From assembly GCA_965214405.1 (NCBI GenBank), contig OZ243956.1, forward strand, positions 4,416,001-4,480,000: 64,000 bases of DNA. Reading direction: 5' to 3'. Under the pieces are notes generated by a model. It ran no database searches. It was not told the DNA's origin and saw nothing but the letters and a program-made list of their open reading frames with translations. Both the position numbers and the translations under genes were made by a program. Position 1 is the stretch's first letter. The number at the start of each line of letters is the position of its first letter. Shown piece by piece: positions 1 through 9,739 of the stretch. The stretch is from Trueperaceae bacterium. Lineage in GTDB: Bacteria > Deinococcota > Deinococci > Deinococcales > Trueperaceae.

Positions 1-1
1 C

Positions 2-388
2 GAACTGAACAAATACGCTCCCGCCGAGGGCGACTCGCCCATCAAAGACGTGCTCCTAGACATCGCCGAGCGCGGGCGCAGCTTAGGCATCGTACTGATT
101 GGCGCGCAGCAGACCGCCTCCGAAGTAGAGCGCCGCATCGTCTCCAACGCCGCCGTGCGCGTCGTGGGCCGCCTAGACGCCGCCGAGGCCGAAAGGAGCG
201 AGTACCGCTTCATGCCCGCCTCGTTTAGATTACGCGCGACCATCTTAGCCCCCGGCACCATGATCGTCCACCAGCCCGACGTGCCGAGCCCGATGATGCT
301 GCATTTTCCTTTTCCGGCCTGGGCTACGCGTAAGAAAGAGGTGGAGGAGGAGGTGAGTGATGAGGCGGCGTTGGATATTTTGGGGTAA
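2..388 (+). CDS. HerA/FtsK-like (DUF87-type) ATPase, C-terminal part; runs off the window start
   Basis: Open frame from nt 2: ELNKYAP...[18 protein letters not shown]. This fits the post-Walker B region, arginine finger (RGRS) and sensor QQ pattern of HerA-family ATPases. Confidence 0.8.
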   Translation, partial: ELNKYAPAEGDSPIKDVLLDIAERGRSLGIVLIGAQQTASEVERRIVSNAAVRVVGRLDAAEAERSEYRFMPASFRLRATILAPGTMIVHQPDVPSPMMLHFPFPAWATRKKEVEEEVSDEAALDILG

Positions 389-553
389 GGTTATGCGCGA
401 AGCGTTCCTTTGATTCTGATAAGATTTGGTTGATGATGAGAGTCGCACTTATTTTCATCTCCTTTCTTTTGCTTTTGGGATTTTTTGGCCCCGAGCACAC
501 AAAATACATGGAGGAGAGGGAAGACTATGGTGACTTCAAAGTTGTAGCTATTG

Positions 554-1613
554 GAGGGGTGAGCGCATACTCACCTGAGGGCATACAGGGTGGCCTTGAG
601 CTGTAGGGGCGGCCTGTTCAAGAGCAGATTGAGCTTAACCAGGAGGAGATAGGCGAGCGTAGCGAGCATCGCTAGAGCGCGCACGTTGGCTAGACCCTTA
701 AGGGGCAGATGCTCAAGGTCAAAGAGGTCCTTGAGTTGTCCTTGGTAAGGCTCAACGGTTGTCTTGCGCAAGCAGTAAACGTCTCTCGCCTCAGGAGAGT
801 AGAACAGCTCGGCTCTTTCTCGTCTTTCCGGCGGCGTGTTTTTCTTGACCTTGATAGGTGCGAGCAGCGTCACTTCCTTAGCGTCAGTCACTTTGTAGCA
901 AGCCTCGTCGTCATAGCCTGAGTCGGCCAGAACAAGTTCAGTCGCTTCAGGTATGTGAGGGGCAAACACAGTTCTGAATACAAAAGCGTCTTTGACATTG
1001 GCAGGCTCGACCTGTACGTCATAAGGCAAACTTAAGCCGTAGGGGCCGCAACTCATGAGGCTGTGCAGGCGGTAGCCAAAGACCCACTCGCCTGCGCCGC
1101 TTACGCCCCAGTGGGCTTCCGTGTCGATGTTGCCGCACGAGGGCAGCTCGCCCTTGTCCCGCTGTTTCTTATGCCAGACGTTGCCGTGCGCGTGCATCAG
1201 TGACGAGTCAACGCTCATGATGCTCTCGTCGCTACACTCTTCGTCTACAAAGTGCTGATGTAAGCCCCGCAAGGCCACCCGGATTGCCTCGGGCATAGCT
1301 CTAAAACGTTTGCCTAAAGTTGTCCTATGAGGGGGGAAAACTGAGGCCGACGAGCCTCAGAACGTCGGGACGCTCTTCGAGATGACGCCGCAACGTCTTG
1401 AAGCCGCTGATGTTGTGAATCAGGCCGTACAAAAAAGGCTTCATCATGCTCTTGTCGCTGTAGACGTAGGGGTAACATGGTTCGGGCAAGGCGAGTTCGT
1501 CAACTTGGGCAAGAAAACTCTCGATGTTTAGCGGTATCATCAGCCCAGCCTCCTGCTCTGAAGTCTTCACGCCTCAGTGTATAGGAGGCTCTTCGTTTAT
1601 GCGCTCACTCCTC
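554..1613 (-). mobile_element. Insertion sequence (~1060 bp) with a DDE transposase of the IS4/IS5/IS982-like DDE_Tnp_1 clan
   Basis: Terminal inverted repeats GAGGGGTGAGCGCATA (554-569) and TATGCGCTCACTCCTC (1598-1613), 15/16 match. They enclose the split transposase. No clear target duplication. Confidence 0.85.
571..1570 (-). CDS. Transposase encoded as two ORFs (1325-1570 and 571-~1330) joined by a +1 frameshift at TTTTCCCCCC
   Basis: OrfA ends ...GLSFPPS*. The +1 frame continues PHRTTLGKRFRAMPE...VDSS...FGYRLH...LADSGYD...RKTTVEP (DDE motifs). A TACACT -10 box lies 5 nt before the GTG at 1570. Confidence 0.8.
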
Positions 1614-1701
1614 ATTTAGTTTAGAAGATAATTCACAACCGAATCTCGCTCAAACCTGCGCTTTTCCTGTTATGGCGTACACTACGTAAAGGAGGTACAG
1701 C

Positions 1702-2709
1702 ATGACGTTGGCTGTTCTTGTGGGTATTGCCCTTATCGTTGGGGGCGTGGTGCTTATTGTGCAGGGAATTCAGGGGCAACGGGGGCGGGTGCGAAGTTTG
1801 GGCGGGGCGCTGGTGATTGCGGGCGCGGCGGTGGCGCTCCTCGCATCGTCTTTCGTGGTGGTGCCCGCGGGCACCGTCGGGGTGGTGTTTAACATCGTCG
1901 GGGGCGTGCAGCAAAACGAGCTCGGCGAGGGCGTTCACCTGGTGCTGCCGGTGTTGCAGCAGGTCACGCTCTACGAAGCGCGCCAGCAAGAACTCACCTT
2001 AGCGAGCGAAACGAACGACGAGATTTCGGCGCGCTCCTCAGAGGGTCTGGAAATTACCATCGACGTGACCGTCCTCTATCAGGTCGTGCGCGACAGCGCG
2101 GCGGCTTTGCACCAGGATATCGGACCGTCTTATGAGGACATCCGCATCCGCCCCGAGGTGCGCTCGCAAATCCGCGACGGCATTTCCGAGTACCGCGCGG
2201 CGGACCTCATCAGCACGCAGCGCGCCGAGCTGCAAAAGCGCATCGAGGACAGCCTCATCACCGCGCTGGGCGAGGACAACATCAGCGTGCTGAGCGTGCT
2301 CTTACGCGACGTGCGTATTCCCGAATCCATCACCCAGGCCATCGAAGAGAAGCAGGCCGCCGAGCAGCAGGTCGCGGTCGAGGAGAACAGGCGGCGTCAG
2401 GCGGAAATCGCCGCGCAGCGCGCCGTGGTCGAGGCGACGGGCGCGCGCGACGCCGCCATCGCGCGCGCCGAGGGCGAGGCGCAGGCGCTGAGTTTGCGCG
2501 GCGCGGCCATCCGCGAAAACCCTGAGATCATTCAGCTCGAGGTCGCCCAGAAACTCGCCCCGTCGCTCCAAACCATTATGCTGCCCTCCGAAGGAAACTT
2601 TCTGCTCGACGTGCGCGGCTTGACCAACCCGCAAACCGCCTCAACGCCCGCGCAGGTACCCGCACAAGCGCCCGCAGCAGCGCCCGCGGCGCCGGTCGGA
2701 AGTAATTGA
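1702..2709 (+). CDS. SPFH/prohibitin (band 7) family membrane protein
   Basis: AAGGAGG RBS. Two N-terminal TM segments, then SFVVVPAGTVGVVF...EGVHLVLP...LRDVRIP...AIEEKQAAEQ coiled coil. Confidence 0.9.
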   Translation: MTLAVLVGIALIVGGVVLIVQGIQGQRGRVRSLGGALVIAGAAVALLASSFVVVPAGTVGVVFNIVGGVQQNELGEGVHLVLPVLQQVTLYEARQQELTLASETNDEISARSSEGLEITIDVTVLYQVVRDSAAALHQDIGPSYEDIRIRPEVRSQIRDGISEYRAADLISTQRAELQKRIEDSLITALGEDNISVLSVLLRDVRIPESITQAIEEKQAAEQQVAVEENRRRQAEIAAQRAVVEATGARDAAIARAEGEAQALSLRGAAIRENPEIIQLEVAQKLAPSLQTIMLPSEGNFLLDVRGLTNPQTASTPAQVPAQAPAAAPAAPVGSN

Positions 2710-2730
2710 CGAAGTGACTAGGGGTAGGGG

Positions 2731-3266
2731 ATGGCTAAGGTTGAGTTTCCGAGGGGCCGCGTGAGCTTGAGGGAGACGACTCGAGCCGACCTGTCTTTCG
2801 TTATGGCAACCGAGGCGGAGGCCAAACGAGGGGGTTTTGTGGGTGGCGACGCGGAGGAGACGCACAGGAGGAGACGCACAAACAGTATCTTAGCGACCCC
2901 GACGCGCGGCAGGTTCAGGGGGAGGATGAACGCGCGCTCGGTTACGCCATCCTGCGCGGTCTCACAAACCCCAACCGCAGTTTGGAACTCAAGCGCCTCA
3001 CCCTCGCCGAGACGGGCGGGGGCTACGGGCGCGAGACCCTGCGCCTCATCAAGAAGACTGCCTTTGAAGCGTTTGGCGCGCACCGGCTATGGCTGGACGT
3101 GTACACGCACAACTCGAGAGCGCAACACGTCTACCTCACAGAGGGTTTCGTCGTCGAGGGGACGCTGCGCGAATGTGTCCTTTTGGGAGACACGTACGCG
3201 TCGCTCGAGGTGATGTCGGTGCTCGAGGAGGAGTGGAGGCTAACTGCTGGCGGGCGTCGGGCTTGA
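2731..3266 (+). pseudogene. GNAT (RimJ/RimL-like) acetyltransferase, frameshifted by a 14-bp tandem duplication
   Basis: GGAGGAGACGCACA occurs twice (2853-2866, 2867-2880). Removing one copy fuses 2731 (MAKVEF...LRETTRADL) in frame with ...GGGYGRETL...HRLWLDVYTHNSRAQHVYLTEGFVVEGTLRE. Confidence 0.85.
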
Positions 3267-3312
3267 GTTCTGGTCTGCGGCTTTATCAAAAGGGGGAAGC
3301 CGCAGATCGGCG

Positions 3313-4284
3313 CTACCGCCAGCTCAGCGGGCCGTTGACGGTCTCGTTGGCGCTAAGGATGGGCGTCAGCTCGGCGGCGTAACTCTCACCCGTTTCGAGG
3401 TTGGTGAAGAAAAGGCCGGGGTAGTAGTAGTCGTTTTGCGGCACCGCGAGGTAAGCGATGGTGCCGCCGTCGGGAGACCAGGCCGGGTATCTTAGCCAGG
3501 CGTCGCCGTAGATGAGTTCTCTTATGTCGCCGCCGTCAACGTTTATAGACCAAATCCCCTGGTTGAACTCGAAAGCGATACGCGTTCCCGAGGGGTCTAC
3601 CGCAGGATTTCTGGTTCTACCCACCAGACGGTCACCGTCCAAGCTGGTTAGGTTCTCTAAATTCTCGTCCGTCACGTAAAGCCCCTCACCCGAGAGGATC
3701 AAGCGGCCGTCGGGCAACCACTCCGGTTCGGTCAGGTCGTCAAAGCTTGCTAGCAGGGTGTGGTCGGTAGTATCAAAAACGAGAGTTTGGTATTCATTTT
3801 CGAAGTCGACATAGGCGCGCGCCTCGACCGCGACCTTGGTCCCGTCGGGGGAAAGCCTCGAGAATTCATAGTCGGTGGGGGAGGCCCCAGGGTTCTCGAT
3901 CTCGGAGCTGCAAGGGGTGATCTGGACCGGCAGCCCGCTCTCGTCAACGCGCACGATGCGGCTCATCCTTGAACCGCAGGCTTGAGCGTAGATAACGTCA
4001 CCGCTCGAGTGACGCCAGGGGTACTTGCCGTCGGAAACTCGCCTCAGAGTCCCCTCCGCCAGGTCTATCTCGACCACGCCCAGATGCGACACGTTTACGT
4101 CAAGCCAGTCGTATTCATCGAGCGTTATAACGCCCGAGAAGGGGAGCTCTTCCACGGGGACGTTGTATGTATTTGACGCCTCGAAAGGTTGGGCCAGTGC
4201 AAACCCGAAGCTCAGTCCGGCAGCCAAGGCGACCACGTGAAAAAAAGCCGCACGACGTTTTGTTGTTAGCTTTGGTCGGATCAT
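3313..4284 (-). CDS. Secreted TolB-like beta-propeller protein (PD40/WD40-like repeats)
   Basis: Signal peptide ending ALA-Q. Repeated LSPDGTKVA, WLPDGRLI, VDPSGTRIAF and WSPDGGTIAY blades. Confidence 0.8.
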   Translation of the reverse strand: MIRPKLTTKRRAAFFHVVALAAGLSFGFALAQPFEASNTYNVPVEELPFSGVITLDEYDWLDVNVSHLGVVEIDLAEGTLRRVSDGKYPWRHSSGDVIYAQACGSRMSRIVRVDESGLPVQITPCSSEIENPGASPTDYEFSRLSPDGTKVAVEARAYVDFENEYQTLVFDTTDHTLLASFDDLTEPEWLPDGRLILSGEGLYVTDENLENLTSLDGDRLVGRTRNPAVDPSGTRIAFEFNQGIWSINVDGGDIRELIYGDAWLRYPAWSPDGGTIAYLAVPQNDYYYPGLFFTNLETGESYAAELTPILSANETVNGPLSWR

Positions 4285-4473
4285 TACAACTCCATCAGTT
4301 AGAAATTACGGCCCGCTTTTTGCAGGGATGTTTCATGCTCGACTCCAACCCGGATCCGAAGCCTGGCGGGACGCCTCGAGGTGGCGCGAAAAAACGCCTC
4401 ATCTGTTAACCATCGTACTATATTTTGAGATTCGTAATGAGCGGTATTTTCTTTTGTGATAAACACAACCGGG

Positions 4474-4860
4474 TCAGCTTCGCCTGAAGGGAATCTTCCA
4501 GGCAGCGAGCGCCGACTCAAACGCGACCTGCGCGGTGAAGAAGTAAACGTGCGGCTTTGAGTCCACGTCGTGGACTAAAAATTTACAAAGTTCGATATCC
4601 AACAGCTCGACGTTCATCACGTTGTCTTTTGCGTACTCACGAACGCCTCTCAGAGCTTCGGCCTGATAATCCTCTATATCATCACGCGTTTTGTCGGACT
4701 GCCAGAGCGTGTTGCTCACGCGGATAGTTCCGGGCGGCGACGCCGCGAAGCGCAAAACAACCTCGAGCCCGCCTACCATCTCGCTACCCGCGGTTTGCTG
4801 GAGGAGGTAGCTCGAGCCCACCGAGCGCCGCATGTGCGGTAAGTATCTGCGGTCTGACAT
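4474..4860 (-). CDS. Small protein resembling a stand-alone EF-G domain IV (S5 domain 2-like fold)
   Basis: QQTAG...YQAEALRGV...DIELCKFLVHDVDSKPHVYFFTAQVAFESAL resembles EF-G domain IV RQTGG...AVEKGI...YHDVDSSEMAFKIAASMAFKEA. TATACT lies just upstream of the ATG at 4860 (leaderless). Confidence 0.6.
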   Translation of the reverse strand: MSDRRYLPHMRRSVGSSYLLQQTAGSEMVGGLEVVLRFAASPPGTIRVSNTLWQSDKTRDDIEDYQAEALRGVREYAKDNVMNVELLDIELCKFLVHDVDSKPHVYFFTAQVAFESALAAWKIPFRRS

Positions 4861-4945
4861 GGCGCAGTATAACGTTTTCAATCTTCAAAATTATCTGTGT
4901 TAAAGCTTTTGGAAGGCTCGAGCTTGGCGCGTCATATAGTCACGT

Positions 4946-5773
4946 ATGGTTATTATGAGCGGTTCCTTTTTTAGTATGGACATGGACAAACAAGTGGCGC
5001 GCGTCAGGGCGTTGGAAAAGTTTCCCGTCGTCAACGTTGTCGGAGCCGTTGGTGCAGACCCTCCCGGAGGCGTCAGCATCAACGTTGAGAACCTCCACAT
5101 TATGAGCTTTTCTTTTGCGGCTTGGCTTATCGAGGGTGAGGCGCTTCAAAAACAAGCGCTCAGGGTTGAGCGCATCGTTTCTCTCGAGGCTTTGCGCCGG
5201 TATATGAGCCTGATTCGTCCTTATACCATTATCAAAGTGCGGGCGCGCGTTGATAGGTCAGCGCCGGAGCCGAGGGCTCTTCTCGAGACCCTTGTCGGCG
5301 AAAGTGACCATGCGGAACTAAAGAATTTCCTCACCGAACTTCAAAAACCTGTTACCTACCAGGACGCCGTTTTGGGAACCCTTACGTTAAACAGAAGGGG
5401 AGGCGATTACAGGGCGACGGTAGCGTGGAACGAGGCGAGCGCCGAGTTGTCGCTGGCAGCCGATAAAGTTGACGAACTGGAAAGGTTGCTCCAAACGGCG
5501 CGCGTTCTCTGGGAGAATCAGGGGGCGTGGGAAGAGCGTATGACAAGCTACGCGGCTCGAGAGCTGCTCGAGAACGCCAACGATTGGTCGGAGGAGGACC
5601 CAAACATAACCGCGTCTCAGTTTAGAGAGAGAATGAAAGTGGAGACCATCGTAATTGAAGTGGACGGCTCATTCGCGTTTTTCTACAACGACGGGGATTT
5701 GTTTCTTGGACACGTGATTATCATGACCGGTACGTTGGCCGAAGGTCCCACCGACGCTTCTATCGCAGGCTAA
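4946..5773 (+). CDS. DUF2262 domain-containing protein
   Basis: C-terminal LGTLTLNR...YAARELLENANDW...IT..F..RM...DGSF.FFYNDGDLFLGH.I...G..DASIAG pattern. Start uncertain (4946-4982). Confidence 0.75.
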   Translation: MVIMSGSFFSMDMDKQVARVRALEKFPVVNVVGAVGADPPGGVSINVENLHIMSFSFAAWLIEGEALQKQALRVERIVSLEALRRYMSLIRPYTIIKVRARVDRSAPEPRALLETLVGESDHAELKNFLTELQKPVTYQDAVLGTLTLNRRGGDYRATVAWNEASAELSLAADKVDELERLLQTARVLWENQGAWEERMTSYAARELLENANDWSEEDPNITASQFRERMKVETIVIEVDGSFAFFYNDGDLFLGHVIIMTGTLAEGPTDASIAG

Positions 5774-5911
5774 TGATTGGGTAACCAGGCGCGACCGCGG
5801 GTTCCGAACGTTCAAAAACCGGAGAGGGCAAAGGTGGGAGACTCGAGCGCATGTTCCTCAAAATCGTTGCCCATAAAGTTCTTTTCTCTCGAGCCCAAAG
5901 GGTTGACGCGG

Positions 5912-6925
5912 TCAGCCAAAACTTACCCCCGCCCCCGCCGCAATCTCCCCAATCACGAACACATCCTCCCCAACCTCCCGCCGCACCGCCGTAACATCCC
6001 CCGGCGCGACCACCATTAAGAAGCCCGCGCCCATATTGAAAACGTTACGCATCTCGTCCGTTTCGACCTCGCCAGCGTGTCGTATAAGGTCAAAGATGGG
6101 CGGCACCGGCCACGAACCGGGGATGATGCGCGCGCCCAAACCGCCGGGCAAAACGCGCGGGAGGTTGCCGGGAATCCCGCCCCCGGTGATATGCGCCATC
6201 CCGCGGACGAGTTTTTTGGCGAGGGGCGGGCGCACTGCCTCTAAATATGACCGGTGCGGCTCGAGCAGCGCGTCGCCGACGGTGCCGCCGGTTCCCGCCA
6301 GGGGTTCGTCGTAACGTCCCGCCAGAACCGCGCGCGCCAAGCTGTAGCCGTTCGTGTGCAAGCCGCTTGACGAAAGCGCCAGCACGGCGTCACCCGCTTC
6401 TACGCGTGAGCCGTCCACCACCTCGTCCTTTTCGACCACCCCGATCATGGTGCCCACCAAATCGAGTTCGCCTGCGGCGTAAACACCGGGCATCTCGGCG
6501 GTTTCGCCGCCCAACAGGGCCGCGCCCGCCTCTACACAAGCGGCGGCGGCGCTCTCGACGATTGCTGAGATGATGGGGGGCTCGAGCCGACTCGCCGCCA
6601 CGTAATCGAGAAAAAAGAGCGGGCGTGCCCCCTGGACCAAAATGTCGTTGACGCAGTGGTTGACAAGGTCGCGGCCCAGGCCTTCAAAGCGGCCCAACGC
6701 GGCGGCGACCTTTGTTTTGGTGCCGACTCCGTCCGTCGAGGCGACGAGCACGGGGTGACGCATCCCCTGTAAGCTCGCCGCGTCGAAAAGCCCGCCGAAC
6801 GCGCCCAAGCCTGCGAGCACGTCCGGCGTGTAGGTGCGTTCCACCGCCGAGCGGATACGCGCCACCGTCTCCTCTGCATTCGTTAAATCCACTCCGGCGG
6901 CGGCGTAGGTGTGGGGTCTCTTCAT
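5912..6925 (-). CDS. purM: Phosphoribosylformylglycinamidine cyclo-ligase (AIR synthetase)
   Basis: YAAAGVD, STDGVGTK, VNDILVQGARPLFFLDY, GGETAEMPG, SSGLHTNGYSL, HITGGG and FNMG motifs. Confidence 0.97.
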   Translation of the reverse strand: MKRPHTYAAAGVDLTNAEETVARIRSAVERTYTPDVLAGLGAFGGLFDAASLQGMRHPVLVASTDGVGTKTKVAAALGRFEGLGRDLVNHCVNDILVQGARPLFFLDYVAASRLEPPIISAIVESAAAACVEAGAALLGGETAEMPGVYAAGELDLVGTMIGVVEKDEVVDGSRVEAGDAVLALSSSGLHTNGYSLARAVLAGRYDEPLAGTGGTVGDALLEPHRSYLEAVRPPLAKKLVRGMAHITGGGIPGNLPRVLPGGLGARIIPGSWPVPPIFDLIRHAGEVETDEMRNVFNMGAGFLMVVAPGDVTAVRREVGEDVFVIGEIAAGAGVSFG

Positions 6926-6978
6926 GGCGGCATTGTACCTTTTGAGCGTTGCCCACGTTCGTTTGGGTTAGTAAAGGG

Positions 6979-7434
6979 TCAGTACATGGTGCTGTACCAA
7001 AGCGCCAGCACACCCTCTTCAAGTAGAGCGGCGCGTTTGCCCGGCGCCTCGAAGTACCGCGCCTCTTCCAAGCTTGCGCCTAAGTCCGGTCTCAACTCCG
7101 GCACCCAGTCGAAGCCGTCGATTGCCTCCACCTCCTGCACGTCTTGCAACCAGAGGGGAACGTCGGCGGGCTCGAGCCACAGCACAATTCTAAAGTCCCA
7201 ATCGGAAGGACCGGGGACACGACCTCGTGAGTTATCCTTGTAAAAAAGATGATACTGCGCGTCCCTGGGTTCGCTCCGAAAGTTCAGATAGCGCGCTAAA
7301 AAAGCCAGTTGCTCTTCGGACGTTGTAAAACTCTTGCTTTGGGTGTTCGTGCTGAGGTCGGGTGTGCGCTGGGCGTGGGCGGGTAAAGAGAGAAAAACGA
7401 GCAGGATAAACAGGCATCTAAGGGTTGACATCAT
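6979..7434 (-). CDS. Hypothetical secreted protein
   Basis: Signal peptide (LPAHA-Q). GGAG RBS upstream. Globular composition with a VPGPSDWD motif. Confidence 0.7.
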   Translation of the reverse strand: MMSTLRCLFILLVFLSLPAHAQRTPDLSTNTQSKSFTTSEEQLAFLARYLNFRSEPRDAQYHLFYKDNSRGRVPGPSDWDFRIVLWLEPADVPLWLQDVQEVEAIDGFDWVPELRPDLGASLEEARYFEAPGKRAALLEEGVLALWYSTMY

Positions 7435-7483
7435 CGGCTCCTTTTTCGACGGGAGAGGGCGGCACCCCGCGGTATGATAGCGC

Positions 7484-9712
7484 GTGCTTACGCTCCGCGT
7501 GCTTCTCCCCCTGCCCCTGCCCGCCTTTTCTTACGGGCCGCCCCACGGCGAGGACGCGCCGCCGCTCGGCGCTCGAGTGGTGGTGCCCTGGCAAAACGGG
7601 GTGAGGATTGGGCTGGTGACGGCGCACGAGGAAGCGGGCGGGAGCTTGGACCTTAAAGAAATCGTGGCAATCCTTGACCAAACGCCTTTTGTGAAGCCAC
7701 CGGGCTTGCGGTTGATTCACGAGGTGGCCGAGTACACGGGCACGCCCGCGGGTCTCGTGCTCGCCACCTTTTTGCCGACGGGTCTCCACGACGCGCTCTC
7801 GCACGAGGTGAGGGCGCTGCCGGAGGTGACGGGGGTCGAGTTGCCCGACCGCTGGGTAAGCGCTGACACGTTGCGCGGAACCACGCTCGAGCTTTACCGC
7901 CGCCAGGGTTTATTGGGGGAGCGGGTGCGCCTGCTTCCCCAAAAAGTCAGCGTGCTGCGCGCGCTCAAACCTCCCGATGGAGGCTTAGACGGCGCGCCGC
8001 AGGCGAACCAGCGGCGGGCTTTGGAGCACCTCTGGGCCTTTGAAAGTTTTGACTCCGCCGCCGCGTTGGCCCGCGACGCGGAGGTGCCCGAGAGCGCCGC
8101 GCGCCGCCTCGTGACCAAAGGCTACGCCGAATATGCCCTGGTGGACGCGCCGCTCCCCGCGTTGCCCTGCTTTGAGCCGACGCCCCTGCCCGACCCGCCC
8201 AAGGGTCTCGGCTTAAGCGCGCTCGAGCCTCTGTCCATAGCGGGAGGCGCGCGCCGCGACCGGCTGGCCGCGATTCTGCCGCTCCTCCAGGCGGACGTGC
8301 GCGCGGGCGGCTCCGCGCTGGTGCTCGTGCCCGAGGGTCACCTCGTCGCGGAAACCGCGGCGGCGTTGTGCGGGCATCTGCCGGTGATGGTTTTGAACGG
8401 CGAATTGAAAGACGCGCAGCGCGCGCGCGTCTGGGCCGAGGTGTCCTCGGGAGACCCCGTCGTGCTGGTCTCAAGCTATCTCGGCTTACTCGCGCCCTTT
8501 CCCGCCCCCGCGCGGGTGGTGGTGCTCGAGGAGGGCAGCGGCTCGTACAAACTCTTGTCGGGCTCGCGCCTCTTTTTGCCCACCGCCGCGCGCCTCCTCG
8601 CGGAGGCCGCGGGCGCGCCCCTGGTCCTTACCGACGCGCTCGCCACGCCCGAGACGTACGGGCGGCTGCCCGCGCCGCAGCGCGCCACGCTGCCCACGCC
8701 GCCCATGCGGACGCACGTGACCGATCTATATGAGAGCACCGGCTGGCCGCTCTCGGCGGACCTCGTTCGGGTCCTCAAACAGGTTGAGGCGCGGGGGCGT
8801 CAGGCGGTCTTGCTCGCGCCGCGCCGCGGCTTTTCGGCGGCCTTGGCCTGCGCGGAGTGCCGCTGGCTCGCGCCCTGCCCAAACTGCGACCTGCCGCTGC
8901 GCTACCACCGTGACGCGGCGCGACTCCGCTGCCACCAGTGCGGCTTCGTGCAGGCCCCGCCTGCGCTCTGCCCCGTGTGTCGGGGGAGCGCGCTCGAGCC
9001 CACCCGCGCCGCCGGGACCCAGTGGATTGCAAGTGAAGTCGCCAAGCTCCTCCCGGACTTGCCCTCGTACCGCCTCGACAGCGACCGCCGCGACGACTTA
9101 AGCCCGCTGCTAGACGGTGCCCCCGGCGTGCTCGTTGCCACCACCGCGGCGCTGCGCCACGCCCCCTTGCCCAACGTCTCGCTCCTCGCGGTCACGCTGC
9201 TCGACTCGTTTTTGTCCTTTGGCGACTTTCGCGCGGAAGAGGAGACGTTCAGGCTCCTGTTAAATCTCGCGGAGCTGGCACCCCAGCGCCGCCCGCTCCT
9301 GCTCATCCAAACCTTTCAGCCCGAGCACCCGGCGCTGCACGCGTTTACCGAGCACGAATCCGGTGAAACGTTCCTGGCGCGGCTTTTGGAGCGCCGCCAG
9401 CGCTTCGATTACCCGCCCTTCAGCGTGATGGCGAAGCTCCAGGTGAGCGCGCGGCAGGTGGGCGCGGCGGAACGCGCGGCCACGTGGCTTGCTGGGGCCA
9501 TTCGCACCCACGGTGCCAACGAGAACGAACTTCTGGGACCCACGCCCGCTCCCGTGGCGCGGGTACGCAACCAGTACACCTATCAGCTTTTCTTACGCGC
9601 GCGCGACGAGGGGCGTTTGGCGAAGTTGCTCGAGCCCGCCCGCAACTACCAAGGCTCCGCCCGGCTCCGCTTCGACGTGGACCCGCGCGACATGTCGGGG
9701 TTTATCGAGTAG
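7484..9712 (+). CDS. priA: Primosomal protein N' (PriA), helicase motifs degenerate
   Basis: N-terminal 3'-DNA-binding domain (LPLPLPAFSY...GARVVVPW), RRGFS followed by the CxxC zinc pairs, DFRAEE, YPPF and GPTPAP motifs. TATGAT lies 5 nt before the GTG. Confidence 0.92.
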   Translation: MLTLRVLLPLPLPAFSYGPPHGEDAPPLGARVVVPWQNGVRIGLVTAHEEAGGSLDLKEIVAILDQTPFVKPPGLRLIHEVAEYTGTPAGLVLATFLPTGLHDALSHEVRALPEVTGVELPDRWVSADTLRGTTLELYRRQGLLGERVRLLPQKVSVLRALKPPDGGLDGAPQANQRRALEHLWAFESFDSAAALARDAEVPESAARRLVTKGYAEYALVDAPLPALPCFEPTPLPDPPKGLGLSALEPLSIAGGARRDRLAAILPLLQADVRAGGSALVLVPEGHLVAETAAALCGHLPVMVLNGELKDAQRARVWAEVSSGDPVVLVSSYLGLLAPFPAPARVVVLEEGSGSYKLLSGSRLFLPTAARLLAEAAGAPLVLTDALATPETYGRLPAPQRATLPTPPMRTHVTDLYESTGWPLSADLVRVLKQVEARGRQAVLLAPRRGFSAALACAECRWLAPCPNCDLPLRYHRDAARLRCHQCGFVQAPPALCPVCRGSALEPTRAAGTQWIASEVAKLLPDLPSYRLDSDRRDDLSPLLDGAPGVLVATTAALRHAPLPNVSLLAVTLLDSFLSFGDFRAEEETFRLLLNLAELAPQRRPLLLIQTFQPEHPALHAFTEHESGETFLARLLERRQRFDYPPFSVMAKLQVSARQVGAAERAATWLAGAIRTHGANENELLGPTPAPVARVRNQYTYQLFLRARDEGRLAKLLEPARNYQGSARLRFDVDPRDMSGFIE

Positions 9713-9739
9713 GCCGGGTCGTCCGCCTATCCAAAGGCT

